Shown here: positions 9,386 through 17,540 of the stretch, in pieces | Numbering within the stretch: the first letter of the stretch is position 1 | Layout: each line of letters opens with the position of its first letter | Assembly: GCA_964426185.1 (NCBI GenBank) | Contig: CAYRPF010000003.1 | Coordinates: forward strand, 1 to 32,000 | Origin: an uncultured archaeon | Lineage (GTDB): Archaea > Asgardarchaeota > Lokiarchaeia > Sigyniarchaeales > Promethearchaeaceae | Direction: 5' to 3' | Length of the DNA stretch: 32,000 nucleotides | Program-made: the position numbers and the translations under genes | Notes under the pieces: model-generated | Told to the model about the DNA's origin: nothing | Database searches by the model: none | What the model saw: only the letters and a program-made list of their open reading frames with translations

Positions 9386-10606
9386 ATGCCAGCAAAAAAA
9401 AAGAAAACCACGAAAGCAAAAGCAACTGCTAAAGCCAAAAAGAGCACTACTAAGAAATCTACCCGTAAAAAAGTAGAAGAACTTGATGAAGATGTCTTAT
9501 TGGAAGAGCTAATTAGTAATGATGATGAAATCACCAAAGAAAAGAGCAAAAAAACTTCTAAATCCTTAAAAATTTCAAAGGCTGAAGAATTATCTGATTT
9601 ACCAGCAGAAAATGATATTGAAGAAGAAATTGTAGAATCTTTAAATGGACTCTCGGAAATTAATTATGATATCAAGGATTTACCTGGTGTTGGTGCTACA
9701 ATTGCCAAAAAATTGACAGACGCAGGTTATGGTACTGTGAATGCCATTGCAATCTGTCCTTCCAAAATATTGATTGAAGAAGCCGGATTAGGGGAAAAAA
9801 CGGCTCAAAAAATCATAGAATCTGCCCGAGAAGCGTTAAATATTGGGTTTAAAACTGCTGATATTGTATGGGAACGACGAAAATCATTAGCTCGAATTTC
9901 TACAGGGAGTAAAAACTTGGATGATTTGTTGGGAGGTATTGGTGTAGAAACAGGAGGAATTACAGAATTCTACGGGGAGTACAGAACCGGAAAGACTCAA
10001 ATCATGCATCAATTGTGCGTAAATGTACAACTTCCAAAAAGTGAAGGTGGAATTAACGGAAATGCTCTTTATATTGACACTGAAGGCACATTCCGACCTG
10101 AACGGCTTATTCAAATGGCTGAAGCAAAAGGTTTGGATTACAAGAAAGTTCTTAAAAATGTTATTTATGCCAGAGCATACTCCAGTGATCATCAAATAAT
10201 GCTAATAAAAGATGCAATGAAGATTATTGCAGAAAAAAATATCAAATTAATCGTCGTAGATTCATTAATATCTCATTTTCGTGCTGAATATATTGGACGT
10301 GGAACTTTGGCAAATCGACAACAGTTGCTAAATTTACACATTCATGATTTGTTGCGTTTGGCTGAAATGTATCCTGATGTTGCTGTAGTAGTAACTAATC
10401 AAGTACAAAGCAAACCAGATGTGTTCTTTGGAGATCCTACTAAATCCACAGGGGGAAACGTGGTTGCCCATGGTGCAACTGTTCGTATCTACTTACGGAA
10501 AGGAAAGGGAGATCAACGGGTAGCAAAAATGATTGACGCACCAAACTTGGCTGAAGGTGAAGCTGTTTTTCGTTTAGCTGAAGAAGGAATTTTAGACATT
10601 GAATAA
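9386..10606 (+). CDS. radA: DNA repair and recombination protein RadA with N-terminal extension
   Basis: HhH domain (DLPGVG), FKTA polymerisation motif, Walker A GEYRTGKT, YIDTEGTFRPER, Walker B VVDS, TNQV. Likely start ATG 9386 (MPAKKKK); track start 9335. Confidence 0.97.
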   Translation: MPAKKKKTTKAKATAKAKKSTTKKSTRKKVEELDEDVLLEELISNDDEITKEKSKKTSKSLKISKAEELSDLPAENDIEEEIVESLNGLSEINYDIKDLPGVGATIAKKLTDAGYGTVNAIAICPSKILIEEAGLGEKTAQKIIESAREALNIGFKTADIVWERRKSLARISTGSKNLDDLLGGIGVETGGITEFYGEYRTGKTQIMHQLCVNVQLPKSEGGINGNALYIDTEGTFRPERLIQMAEAKGLDYKKVLKNVIYARAYSSDHQIMLIKDAMKIIAEKNIKLIVVDSLISHFRAEYIGRGTLANRQQLLNLHIHDLLRLAEMYPDVAVVVTNQVQSKPDVFFGDPTKSTGGNVVAHGATVRIYLRKGKGDQRVAKMIDAPNLAEGEAVFRLAEEGILDIE

Positions 10607-10627
10607 TATATATCCAAAATTTATTGA

Positions 10628-10727
10628 TTTTTTATCTAATTCTTCTTTTTACGCTCATTAATTTCTAACGGATGATGATTTTTCTATATTCATCTGTTGA
10701 TAAAAGTTGTAAAAATTAGATAAAAAA
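10628..10727. repeat. Nested inverted repeat between convergent radA and glgP (possible bidirectional terminator)
   Basis: TTTTTTATCTAATT (10628-10641) / AATTAGATAAAAAA (10714-10727), with inner stem AACGGATGA (10667-10675) / TCATCTGTT (10690-10698). Confidence 0.6.
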
Positions 10728-10739
10728 CTAGAAAAAATA

Positions 10740-12449
10740 TTATAAATTCAGTTCGGAGCTCCATCTAGGTTGTAATTTTAACTTCCATGCTCTATCTGCA
10801 TATTCTTCAACCATTCGATGCGTATTAAAGTAGGTTGCCAGTCGAATAGCATGTTTCATCCTTTCTGTCCACCCATCCCGATTATTGTAATATAATGGAA
10901 TAATTTCTCGTTCCAGTTTCTCATATAAATCGTTTGCATCATATGAATCAGGATATTTGGTCGCATTTGGATCTTGAGGTCCTGGACCAATTGACCAACC
11001 AGCCATTGGATCTTTCTGGTAACCCTCGATCCACCATCCATCTAAAACGCTAAAATTTAATACTCCATTCAATGAAGCTTTCATTCCGCTAGTTCCAGAG
11101 GCTTCCATATATCGACGAGGGTTATTTAACCAAACATCGACCCCACTAACGAGTAATCTTGCTAAATCCATATCATATGCACCGAGAAATACCAAGCCGA
11201 TGCCGTATGAGTCATAGAGATAATCCGACATATCACTAATTTGTTTAATAAAATCTTTTCCTTGAGTATCACGCGGGTGTGCTTTTCCCGCAAAGATAAA
11301 TTGAACTCTTTTTTTGCAAATCTTGCCCAATCTCTCTACGTCATTGAAAATTAAGGTAGGTCGTTTATATTCTGTAATTCTTCGCGCAAACCCGATAGTT
11401 AATTTCTTTTCATCGAGTAATACCCAGCTGTGAGATTTTTCATAATCCATTAAGGTCATTTTTGCTTGCATGTGTTTATTCCATAGTTCATAATTCCCAA
11501 TGTCCCAAACATTATGCAGTAAATTATAATCCATGGACCAACCTGAGATTTTTTCATCGAACAGCTTGCGAAAGTATGGATTAAGCCAAAAATTATTATG
11601 AATCCCATTAGTAATCCCATCGATTTCATAACCCGGGAACATTTTTCTGGAAACTACAGCATGTTTTTGAGCGACACCATTGCAGTATCGAGATCCATTT
11701 AATGCTAATAATGACATATTTAATTGATCATGTCCCCCTAAATCACGAAAATTGGGCGGAAGGCGATCACGGAAAATATCTTGAATTAAATCATAATCAA
11801 ATCGATCATGTCCAGCTGATACCGGAGTGTGTGTGGTAAATATACATCGCTTCTTAACTTCTTCCAAATTACCGTTAAATTTAGTTAATAATTCGAAAAC
11901 TCCGAAGGCGGCATGTCCTTCATTCATGTGATACGTTTCTATGCCAGAAAAGCCTAACTCTTCCAACATTCTAATCCCCCCTTGTCCTAATATCATTTCT
12001 TGCACTACTCTCTGGAATGGGGTTGCATCGTACAAAATATGAGTGAAATTTTTCTGCCAATGTTCGTTTCCTTCAATATTTGAATCTAATAAAATAACAG
12101 GAATTTCAAAGCCCGTTTCACCCTTAACCTTATATAACCAGCCACCTATTTTGAATTTTTTATCTTGAATGCGTAATTCGACGATATTTGGGAGCTTCTC
12201 AAATTCTGAACTAAATTCCCATTGTATTTCACGTTCGATTTGACGGCCTTGAATTACTTCTTGGAAAAAATAACCTTTATCATAACATAAAGTTATTGCC
12301 ACTAATGGGATCTCCAAATCTGCAGCAGATCGTAAGGTATCACCTGCTAAAACGCCGAGACCTCCACTATATGTAGGTATATCACTTTCTAAAGCGATTT
12401 CCATAGAAAAATAGGCAATTTTCCGATCTTCATTAGCTAATTCAAACAT
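10740..12449 (-). CDS. glgP: Alpha-glucan (glycogen/maltodextrin) phosphorylase
   Basis: AYFSME, YSGGLGVLAGD, HMNEGH, FTTHTP, GFARR...YKR, PLP site EASGTSGMKA. Confidence 0.97.
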   Translation of the reverse strand: MFELANEDRKIAYFSMEIALESDIPTYSGGLGVLAGDTLRSAADLEIPLVAITLCYDKGYFFQEVIQGRQIEREIQWEFSSEFEKLPNIVELRIQDKKFKIGGWLYKVKGETGFEIPVILLDSNIEGNEHWQKNFTHILYDATPFQRVVQEMILGQGGIRMLEELGFSGIETYHMNEGHAAFGVFELLTKFNGNLEEVKKRCIFTTHTPVSAGHDRFDYDLIQDIFRDRLPPNFRDLGGHDQLNMSLLALNGSRYCNGVAQKHAVVSRKMFPGYEIDGITNGIHNNFWLNPYFRKLFDEKISGWSMDYNLLHNVWDIGNYELWNKHMQAKMTLMDYEKSHSWVLLDEKKLTIGFARRITEYKRPTLIFNDVERLGKICKKRVQFIFAGKAHPRDTQGKDFIKQISDMSDYLYDSYGIGLVFLGAYDMDLARLLVSGVDVWLNNPRRYMEASGTSGMKASLNGVLNFSVLDGWWIEGYQKDPMAGWSIGPGPQDPNATKYPDSYDANDLYEKLEREIIPLYYNNRDGWTERMKHAIRLATYFNTHRMVEEYADRAWKLKLQPRWSSELNL

Positions 12450-12546
12450 GCTGTGTATAATAAGAAAGCGGTCTAAAAATATTTCACGTTAAACAAATAT
12501 ATTGAAGTGAAAAAGTTGGAAAATTTTTTGGCTGAAAAATAAAATG

Positions 12547-13662
12547 CTACTTTTTTTGCCGAAATGGCAAGGAATTCACCCAATTTAACCAAAATTGACT
12601 TGAAAATTCTGGAAAAATATAAGCTAACGCTTTTGAAAAGGTAGAAGGTGAGAATTTAATTTTATGCCATTTATCAAAACCATATCCTGTTGGCAATCCC
12701 CCTTTTTCACTGGAATATTTAAATTTAATAAAAGGATAAAGTTGTCGTTTTAATTCGCCTAAAGTTGTCCATCTTCCCTGACCATGAGTGGCATAATAAT
12801 ATATTTTCTCCAAAAACGCCCGTAAGCCATGAATAAATCTCTCTTTTTCATTGAGTTGGATCTTTTTTCCATTACCCTTATTTAAATCCAATATTTTTTG
12901 AAAAAATGAAGGATAACCTAGGGCACCTCGGCCTATCATCACCCCGGAAAGGTGCAAATTTCTTATAATAGCTAAAACTTGGGTGGGTCTAATAAACCCG
13001 CCATTAGCAATAATCGGAATTTGCTGTTCTACCGCTTCTACTGCTTGTTGAAAAGGTGTAATATCATTGATAACATTTATCATCTTTACATTATGCATTT
13101 TCACTGGAGCGCGGTTGACTGTAATCCATGAGATATTTGATCGGAATTCACGATGAATTTTTGCTAAAAGTTCCGTAGGATTATCTTTAACGGTGTATCC
13201 TTTCCGAATCTTGATCGATACTGGCAGTTCGGAATATTTCAGTACCTTTTCAATTACTTTAATTATCGTTTTTGGTTCTTTTAAGAGTTCTCCTCCTCGT
13301 CGTTGCGGTAGAACTTTATAACCAGGGCAGCAGAAATTCAAATCAATATATTTGATATCTAATGCTCTTGAATTTTCATTAAGAAATTTAACTGCAGCTG
13401 CGATGGGATCATCTGGTCTGGCAATTAATTGGATACCATCAATTGTAGATTTCTGCGATTGTCTCTGCATTCTTTCCCAAAATTGCCATTTTTTAGCTTT
13501 AAGCAGATGTTGTGGAAGAATTTTTGGGCGACAGAGAATATCTGCCCCAAAATCCACCATTATTTCCCGTAAAATGGGGTTGGCGGTGAGAGGTTCCATA
13601 GGTGCAAAAAACAAAGATTCTGGTTTCTTCAACAATGACTGCGAACCATTCTCACTTTCCAT
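12547..13662 (-). CDS. tRNA-dihydrouridine synthase (Dus) family flavoprotein
   Basis: APM, GIQL, DLNFCCP (catalytic Cys), GGELLKEP, PVSIKIRKG, IPIIANGG, GVMIGRGALG. Confidence 0.88.
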   Translation of the reverse strand: MESENGSQSLLKKPESLFFAPMEPLTANPILREIMVDFGADILCRPKILPQHLLKAKKWQFWERMQRQSQKSTIDGIQLIARPDDPIAAAVKFLNENSRALDIKYIDLNFCCPGYKVLPQRRGGELLKEPKTIIKVIEKVLKYSELPVSIKIRKGYTVKDNPTELLAKIHREFRSNISWITVNRAPVKMHNVKMINVINDITPFQQAVEAVEQQIPIIANGGFIRPTQVLAIIRNLHLSGVMIGRGALGYPSFFQKILDLNKGNGKKIQLNEKERFIHGLRAFLEKIYYYATHGQGRWTTLGELKRQLYPFIKFKYSSEKGGLPTGYGFDKWHKIKFSPSTFSKALAYIFPEFSSQFWLNWVNSLPFRQKK

Positions 13663-13682
13663 ACCATAAGAAGTCGGTTCAA

Positions 13683-13702
13683 AAAGAATAATCTTATTCT
13701 TT
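13683..13702. promoter_or_regulatory. Palindromic putative operator in the divergent dus/JAB intergenic region
   Basis: AAAGAATAA-TC-TTATTCTTT, a perfect 9-bp inverted repeat in a 61-bp gap. Confidence 0.45.
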
Positions 13703-13723
13703 CTAAATTAATTATTATCCATA

Positions 13724-14230
13724 ATGTCAGAAGAAGTACTCTTGCAAATTCCTTATCAAGTGTATCAAACCATGATGAAATTTGCCAAATCTTCACCTCA
13801 TCGTGAAGTAATAGGGCCGCTTTTTGGTAAAATGGAGAATAATAATACATTAAGAATTACTTCCGCTTATCCATTTCGAATCGGCTCAAAACGGGATGTA
13901 CATTTTGAAGACTCGGATTATGAACGATTACTGCCTTTAATCAAAGAACATGAAGAAAAAAAAGAAGATTGGGTGGGATGGTTTCACAGCCATCCTTTTG
14001 AACACGGTGATTTTCTTTATATGTCTAAAACCGATGTAAAATATCATTCAATTGCGCAAGTTGGAAATCACAAATGGACAGCCGTTATATTGAATCCCTA
14101 TCAAATTGAAGATCCTCGGACCACAAAAGGAATGAGAGCTTTCAGATTGCTAAATCCTTCCACTACAAAAAAAAGGGGGGCAAATAAAATCAAAGAAGTC
14201 ATTATTAATCTAATCGACGATAATCTTTAA
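13724..14230 (+). CDS. JAB1/MPN+/Mov34 metalloisopeptidase (Rpn11/CSN5-like)
   Basis: JAMM motif: REVIG ... GWFHSHPF...YMSKTD, then AVILNP. Confidence 0.9.
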   Translation: MSEEVLLQIPYQVYQTMMKFAKSSPHREVIGPLFGKMENNNTLRITSAYPFRIGSKRDVHFEDSDYERLLPLIKEHEEKKEDWVGWFHSHPFEHGDFLYMSKTDVKYHSIAQVGNHKWTAVILNPYQIEDPRTTKGMRAFRLLNPSTTKKRGANKIKEVIINLIDDNL

Positions 14231-14260
14231 GGGAAAAGAAATATAAAATATACAATACCT

Positions 14261-15145
14261 ATGCAAAAAACCCATAAATCTCCCAATTTTAAAGATACCT
14301 TATGGAAATTAATTGAAAAAGAAGCACATATTATTAAAACTCAAAAATTTCGATTACATGAAATTCTTCTTCTACAATGGAAATCTTATGACTTTGAATT
14401 TCCAGAAATTAATGATTTTTTTCCTAAAAAGGCTCTATTTTATACTAATCTATCTGCAAGAGTCCAAATTCTACAAGAATTATCCAATATTTTTTCCCAA
14501 GTTATACAAGTTATTTTACGAATTACAGAAATTCTATTGGTATTTTATCCTGACTCTGAAGATTTTCATCATACTTTCCCTTTTGAAAACAACAGAATAA
14601 TTGCGTATAAAATGACTGAAGATTTGATTGGAAGCGTTTTACCAATTCTAAATTACCTTCAAAATCCGATTCAATTGGATATGTTGATTGTTGGAATTTT
14701 TAAGTCTACTTTAAAACTTACAGGTATGACACCTTTGGAAATTCAAACCGGATTAACCACCTACAATTTGCATTATTCATCTGAAAAGATAATTGAAATA
14801 ATGAATAATATTAAAGAGAATTCAATTTGGATTCAATTTGAAAAATGCAAATCTCCAGAAAATTCAACCATTTGGAAAATTGCGGCTGAAAAACCAATTC
14901 CGAATGAATTTTCCAAGCGATACACCAAGCAAATCTTACCGTTAATTAATTGGGTGGTTAGCACTTGGCGTAGTCTATTTAATATTCGAGAACTTTATGT
15001 ACCCATCTCTGATGAATATCCTCAAGCTGATGGCCTTCGAAAAGCGATTGCCGCTGCAACACAACAAGGTTTTACTGCTGCATCAAATGTAATTCAAAAT
15101 TTAGTTAATTATTATCAATTTCTATTGGATCATGCTAAAAAATAA
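14261..15145 (+). CDS. Hypothetical protein (294 aa)
   Basis: Long ORF 30 bp downstream of the JAB gene on the same strand. No motif recognised. Confidence 0.75.
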   Translation: MQKTHKSPNFKDTLWKLIEKEAHIIKTQKFRLHEILLLQWKSYDFEFPEINDFFPKKALFYTNLSARVQILQELSNIFSQVIQVILRITEILLVFYPDSEDFHHTFPFENNRIIAYKMTEDLIGSVLPILNYLQNPIQLDMLIVGIFKSTLKLTGMTPLEIQTGLTTYNLHYSSEKIIEIMNNIKENSIWIQFEKCKSPENSTIWKIAAEKPIPNEFSKRYTKQILPLINWVVSTWRSLFNIRELYVPISDEYPQADGLRKAIAAATQQGFTAASNVIQNLVNYYQFLLDHAKK

Positions 15146-15147
15146 CA

Positions 15148-15237
15148 TTATATCGCTTCTACTATGTACTCTGGATGGTTTTCAGCCCATTTAACCAAAT
15201 CTTGTTCTATTTTTTCCAATTCTTCCTTGTTAATCAT
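15148..15237 (-). CDS. Unannotated 29-aa small protein divergent from glnA
   Basis: MINKEELEKIEQDLVKWAENHPEYIVEAI*. GTGAT RBS-like sequence just upstream and AAATCTTTAAATA promoter core at 15284-15296 (minus strand). Its stop lies 2 bp from the stop of the convergent gene. Confidence 0.6.
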   Translation of the reverse strand: MINKEELEKIEQDLVKWAENHPEYIVEAI

Positions 15238-15449
15238 TGTTATCACATACTATTTTTCTTCAAACCGACACAAATTTGAAAAATATTTAAAGATTTTGGC
15301 ACCCATTTCTGTTATTCATGAAAAAGTGAAATATTTTCGATTTTATTTCTTAAAAATTTATGGAAATGTTTGGGTTTAAGATGGGAGATCGCCAACTTTT
15401 TATCTTGGGAGAAAATTATATAACTACCTAACCTACTAGGTTGATGCTG

Positions 15450-16745
15450 ATGGAAAATTTTAATGTAGAATATTTCAAAGAGAATGGAATCCAATTTATT
15501 CAGTTTCAATTTACCACGATTAGTGGTGAATTAAAGGAAGTGGAATTTCCCATCGAGAATTGGGAATCCATGAAAGATGGGACTGGAGTTGATGGAAGTT
15601 CATTAGGATTTTTAAGCACTGAGCAATCAGACATGCGTGCTATTCCTGATTACGAGACCTTTTCAATTCTTCCTTGGGACTCAAGAGTCGGACGTTTTAT
15701 TTGTAATTTATATAATAATAATAATCAACCCTATCCAACTGATCCACGTTCAATATTAATAAAAGTCTTGAAAGAAGCAGAAAAGAAGGGCTACTATTTT
15801 AAAGTACGCCCAGAATTAGAATGGTACTTTCTTGATGACGATTTGGAACCAGCTGATGAGGGTTCATATATGTGTACGGTGCCTGAGGATGAATTGCATT
15901 TAGTTCGGCGTGAAATTGCCAGTAGTATGATTACCATGTTTACTCACGGCACACCTCACACCATCCATCATGAAGTTGGACCTGCACAACAAGAAATCGA
16001 ACTAGCAAAAGAATATGCCCTTTATCAAGCTGATAATGTGCAAACTGCAAAAGTTATTACCAAACAAGTTGCTCTGGAACATGATCTGGTTAGCACCTTT
16101 ATGCCTAAACCATTTCAAGAAGAAGCTGGAAGCGGATTGCACATACATATATACATGGAAGATAAAGAAGGAAACAATCTTTTTGCCAAAGAAGATGGTA
16201 TTTCTGATGAATTGAAGTATTTCATTGGAGGAATCATCCATCATGCAGATTCTCTTTCTGCGCTATTAAATCCGTCCACAAATTCCTATAAACGCTTGGT
16301 TCCTAATCATGAAGCTCCAGTATATAAATCATGGGGAATCGGAAATCGAACTGCTTTAATTCGGGTTCCTGGGTATGAAAATAAAGCCCACTTAGAATAT
16401 CGTGCAGGGGATGCTTCTATGAACATATATCTTGGAATGGCGGCATTATTCGCTGCTGGTTTAGATGGAATTGAGAAAAAAATCAAACCAAATGAACCTA
16501 CTCTGGCCAATGTCGATCACATGAGCCTGGCTGAACGAGATAAACTGGGAATTACCCGATTACCTGTTGATTTCAATGCTGCTGTTGAAGCGTTTCGTGT
16601 ATCGTCCTTTATGAAAACTCTGTGCGGAGAATCTTTATTCAATATTTTATTAGAAAAATATAATCTTATATTGGAATCTCATCGTGTCGCACAACGTGGC
16701 GATTATGAACATGAATGGGAATTAGAGCAATTTCTGAATTGTTAA
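15450..16745 (+). CDS. glnA: Glutamine synthetase type I
   Basis: DGSS, RPELEW, HHEVGPAQQEIE, TFMPKP...GSGLHIH, NSYKRLVP.HEAP, NRTALIRVP, EYR. Start chosen at ATG 15450 (alternatives 15441, 15444). Confidence 0.95.
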   Translation: MENFNVEYFKENGIQFIQFQFTTISGELKEVEFPIENWESMKDGTGVDGSSLGFLSTEQSDMRAIPDYETFSILPWDSRVGRFICNLYNNNNQPYPTDPRSILIKVLKEAEKKGYYFKVRPELEWYFLDDDLEPADEGSYMCTVPEDELHLVRREIASSMITMFTHGTPHTIHHEVGPAQQEIELAKEYALYQADNVQTAKVITKQVALEHDLVSTFMPKPFQEEAGSGLHIHIYMEDKEGNNLFAKEDGISDELKYFIGGIIHHADSLSALLNPSTNSYKRLVPNHEAPVYKSWGIGNRTALIRVPGYENKAHLEYRAGDASMNIYLGMAALFAAGLDGIEKKIKPNEPTLANVDHMSLAERDKLGITRLPVDFNAAVEAFRVSSFMKTLCGESLFNILLEKYNLILESHRVAQRGDYEHEWELEQFLNC

Positions 16746-16853
16746 AAAAATTTTAATTCTAACTTTTTTTCCATAAAATCTAAGCATATTTCGGTTCTAT
16801 TTGCATCTAATCATCAATTTTTCCAGTAATTATTTGTAAAGGATTTTTTTTAA

Positions 16854-16901
16854 TTTGAAATATCTCATATTCTTAAGAAATGGACTATGAAATATTTCAA
16901 A
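16854..16901. promoter_or_regulatory. Two palindromic operator boxes (TGAAATATyTCA) upstream of the wHTH-ABC operon
   Basis: TTTGAAATATCTCATA (16854-16869) and TATGAAATATTTCAAA (16886-16901) form a 15/16 inverted match, 32 bp apart, just upstream of a TATA-like TTATATAT. Confidence 0.6.
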
Positions 16902-16968
16902 ACGAATAATATTATATATGATCTGAGTTTTTAAATCTTATATTTCTTGACTGATATACAGTGATTAT

Positions 16969-17508
16969 GTGGTAAATGTGTGGCTGAAACACTTTCAAAT
17001 TAAGAATATGATGGAAATCTTTCATCATTTAAGATTATTGCTAATATTCAACTGTATTGCTAAGCATCCAGAGGGGATTACTTTTTATCAAATTCAGCAA
17101 ATAAATCACATTCCACACTCTAAAGTATATCGAGTAATGAATCATTTAACCGAGCAAGGATATTTGCATAGAAAGGAAGTGAAGAACGAGTTAGGGCGCC
17201 CAAAATATTTGTTTTTTCTAACCCCTGAAGGAGAATTAAAACAAAATCAATTGCGAGCAGATTTAAATAAAATCTTTACTTTCATTCAAGTTAGATTTCC
17301 ACGCGCCAAGGAGATCGATTTCAATTCTTTTTTACAAGATGCTTCCTTAGAGATGTGGCAAGATCCGATATCAGAAATACTAAAATCAGAGATTTCCAAA
17401 GAAAAAAAGCGTCAAATTCTACAAAACATGTATGAAGATACACAAGACCGTCTCAAACTGATATCGAAAGCCATAGCCAAATTAGAAGCAGATAATACTG
17501 CAAAATAA
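16969..17508 (+). CDS. PadR/MarR-like winged-helix transcriptional regulator
   Basis: GITFYQI...VYRVMNHLTEQGYL...GRPKYLFFLTPEG wing pattern. Start uncertain. Confidence 0.85.
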   Translation: MVNVWLKHFQIKNMMEIFHHLRLLLIFNCIAKHPEGITFYQIQQINHIPHSKVYRVMNHLTEQGYLHRKEVKNELGRPKYLFFLTPEGELKQNQLRADLNKIFTFIQVRFPRAKEIDFNSFLQDASLEMWQDPISEILKSEISKEKKRQILQNMYEDTQDRLKLISKAIAKLEADNTAK

Positions 17509-17540
17509 ATAACTAATAAAACTAATCGGAGAACGAAAAG

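Noticed and set aside
10660-10705. ATGA...GA hairpin after radA as a eukaryote-like SECIS
   Set aside because: The ATGA is Watson-Crick paired rather than forming a GA/GA quartet, the apical AAA spacing is wrong, and neither flanking gene has an in-frame TGA.
15240-15449. NrpR (GGAA-N6-TTCC) or GlnR/TnrA box upstream of glnA
   Set aside because: No convincing match found. TGAAATATTTTC near 15327 resembles the 16888 palindrome but may be AT-rich background.
15164-15509. Track ORFs 15164-15379 (+) and 15312-15509 (-)
   Set aside because: Composition resembles translated AT-rich intergenic DNA. The first is antisense to the better-supported 29-aa ORF and the second overlaps glnA.
16967-17011. 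ATG TGT GGC TGA mini-ORF (M-C-G-U?) at the wHTH gene start
   Set aside because: Out of frame with the regulator, very short, with another TGA soon after and no SECIS.
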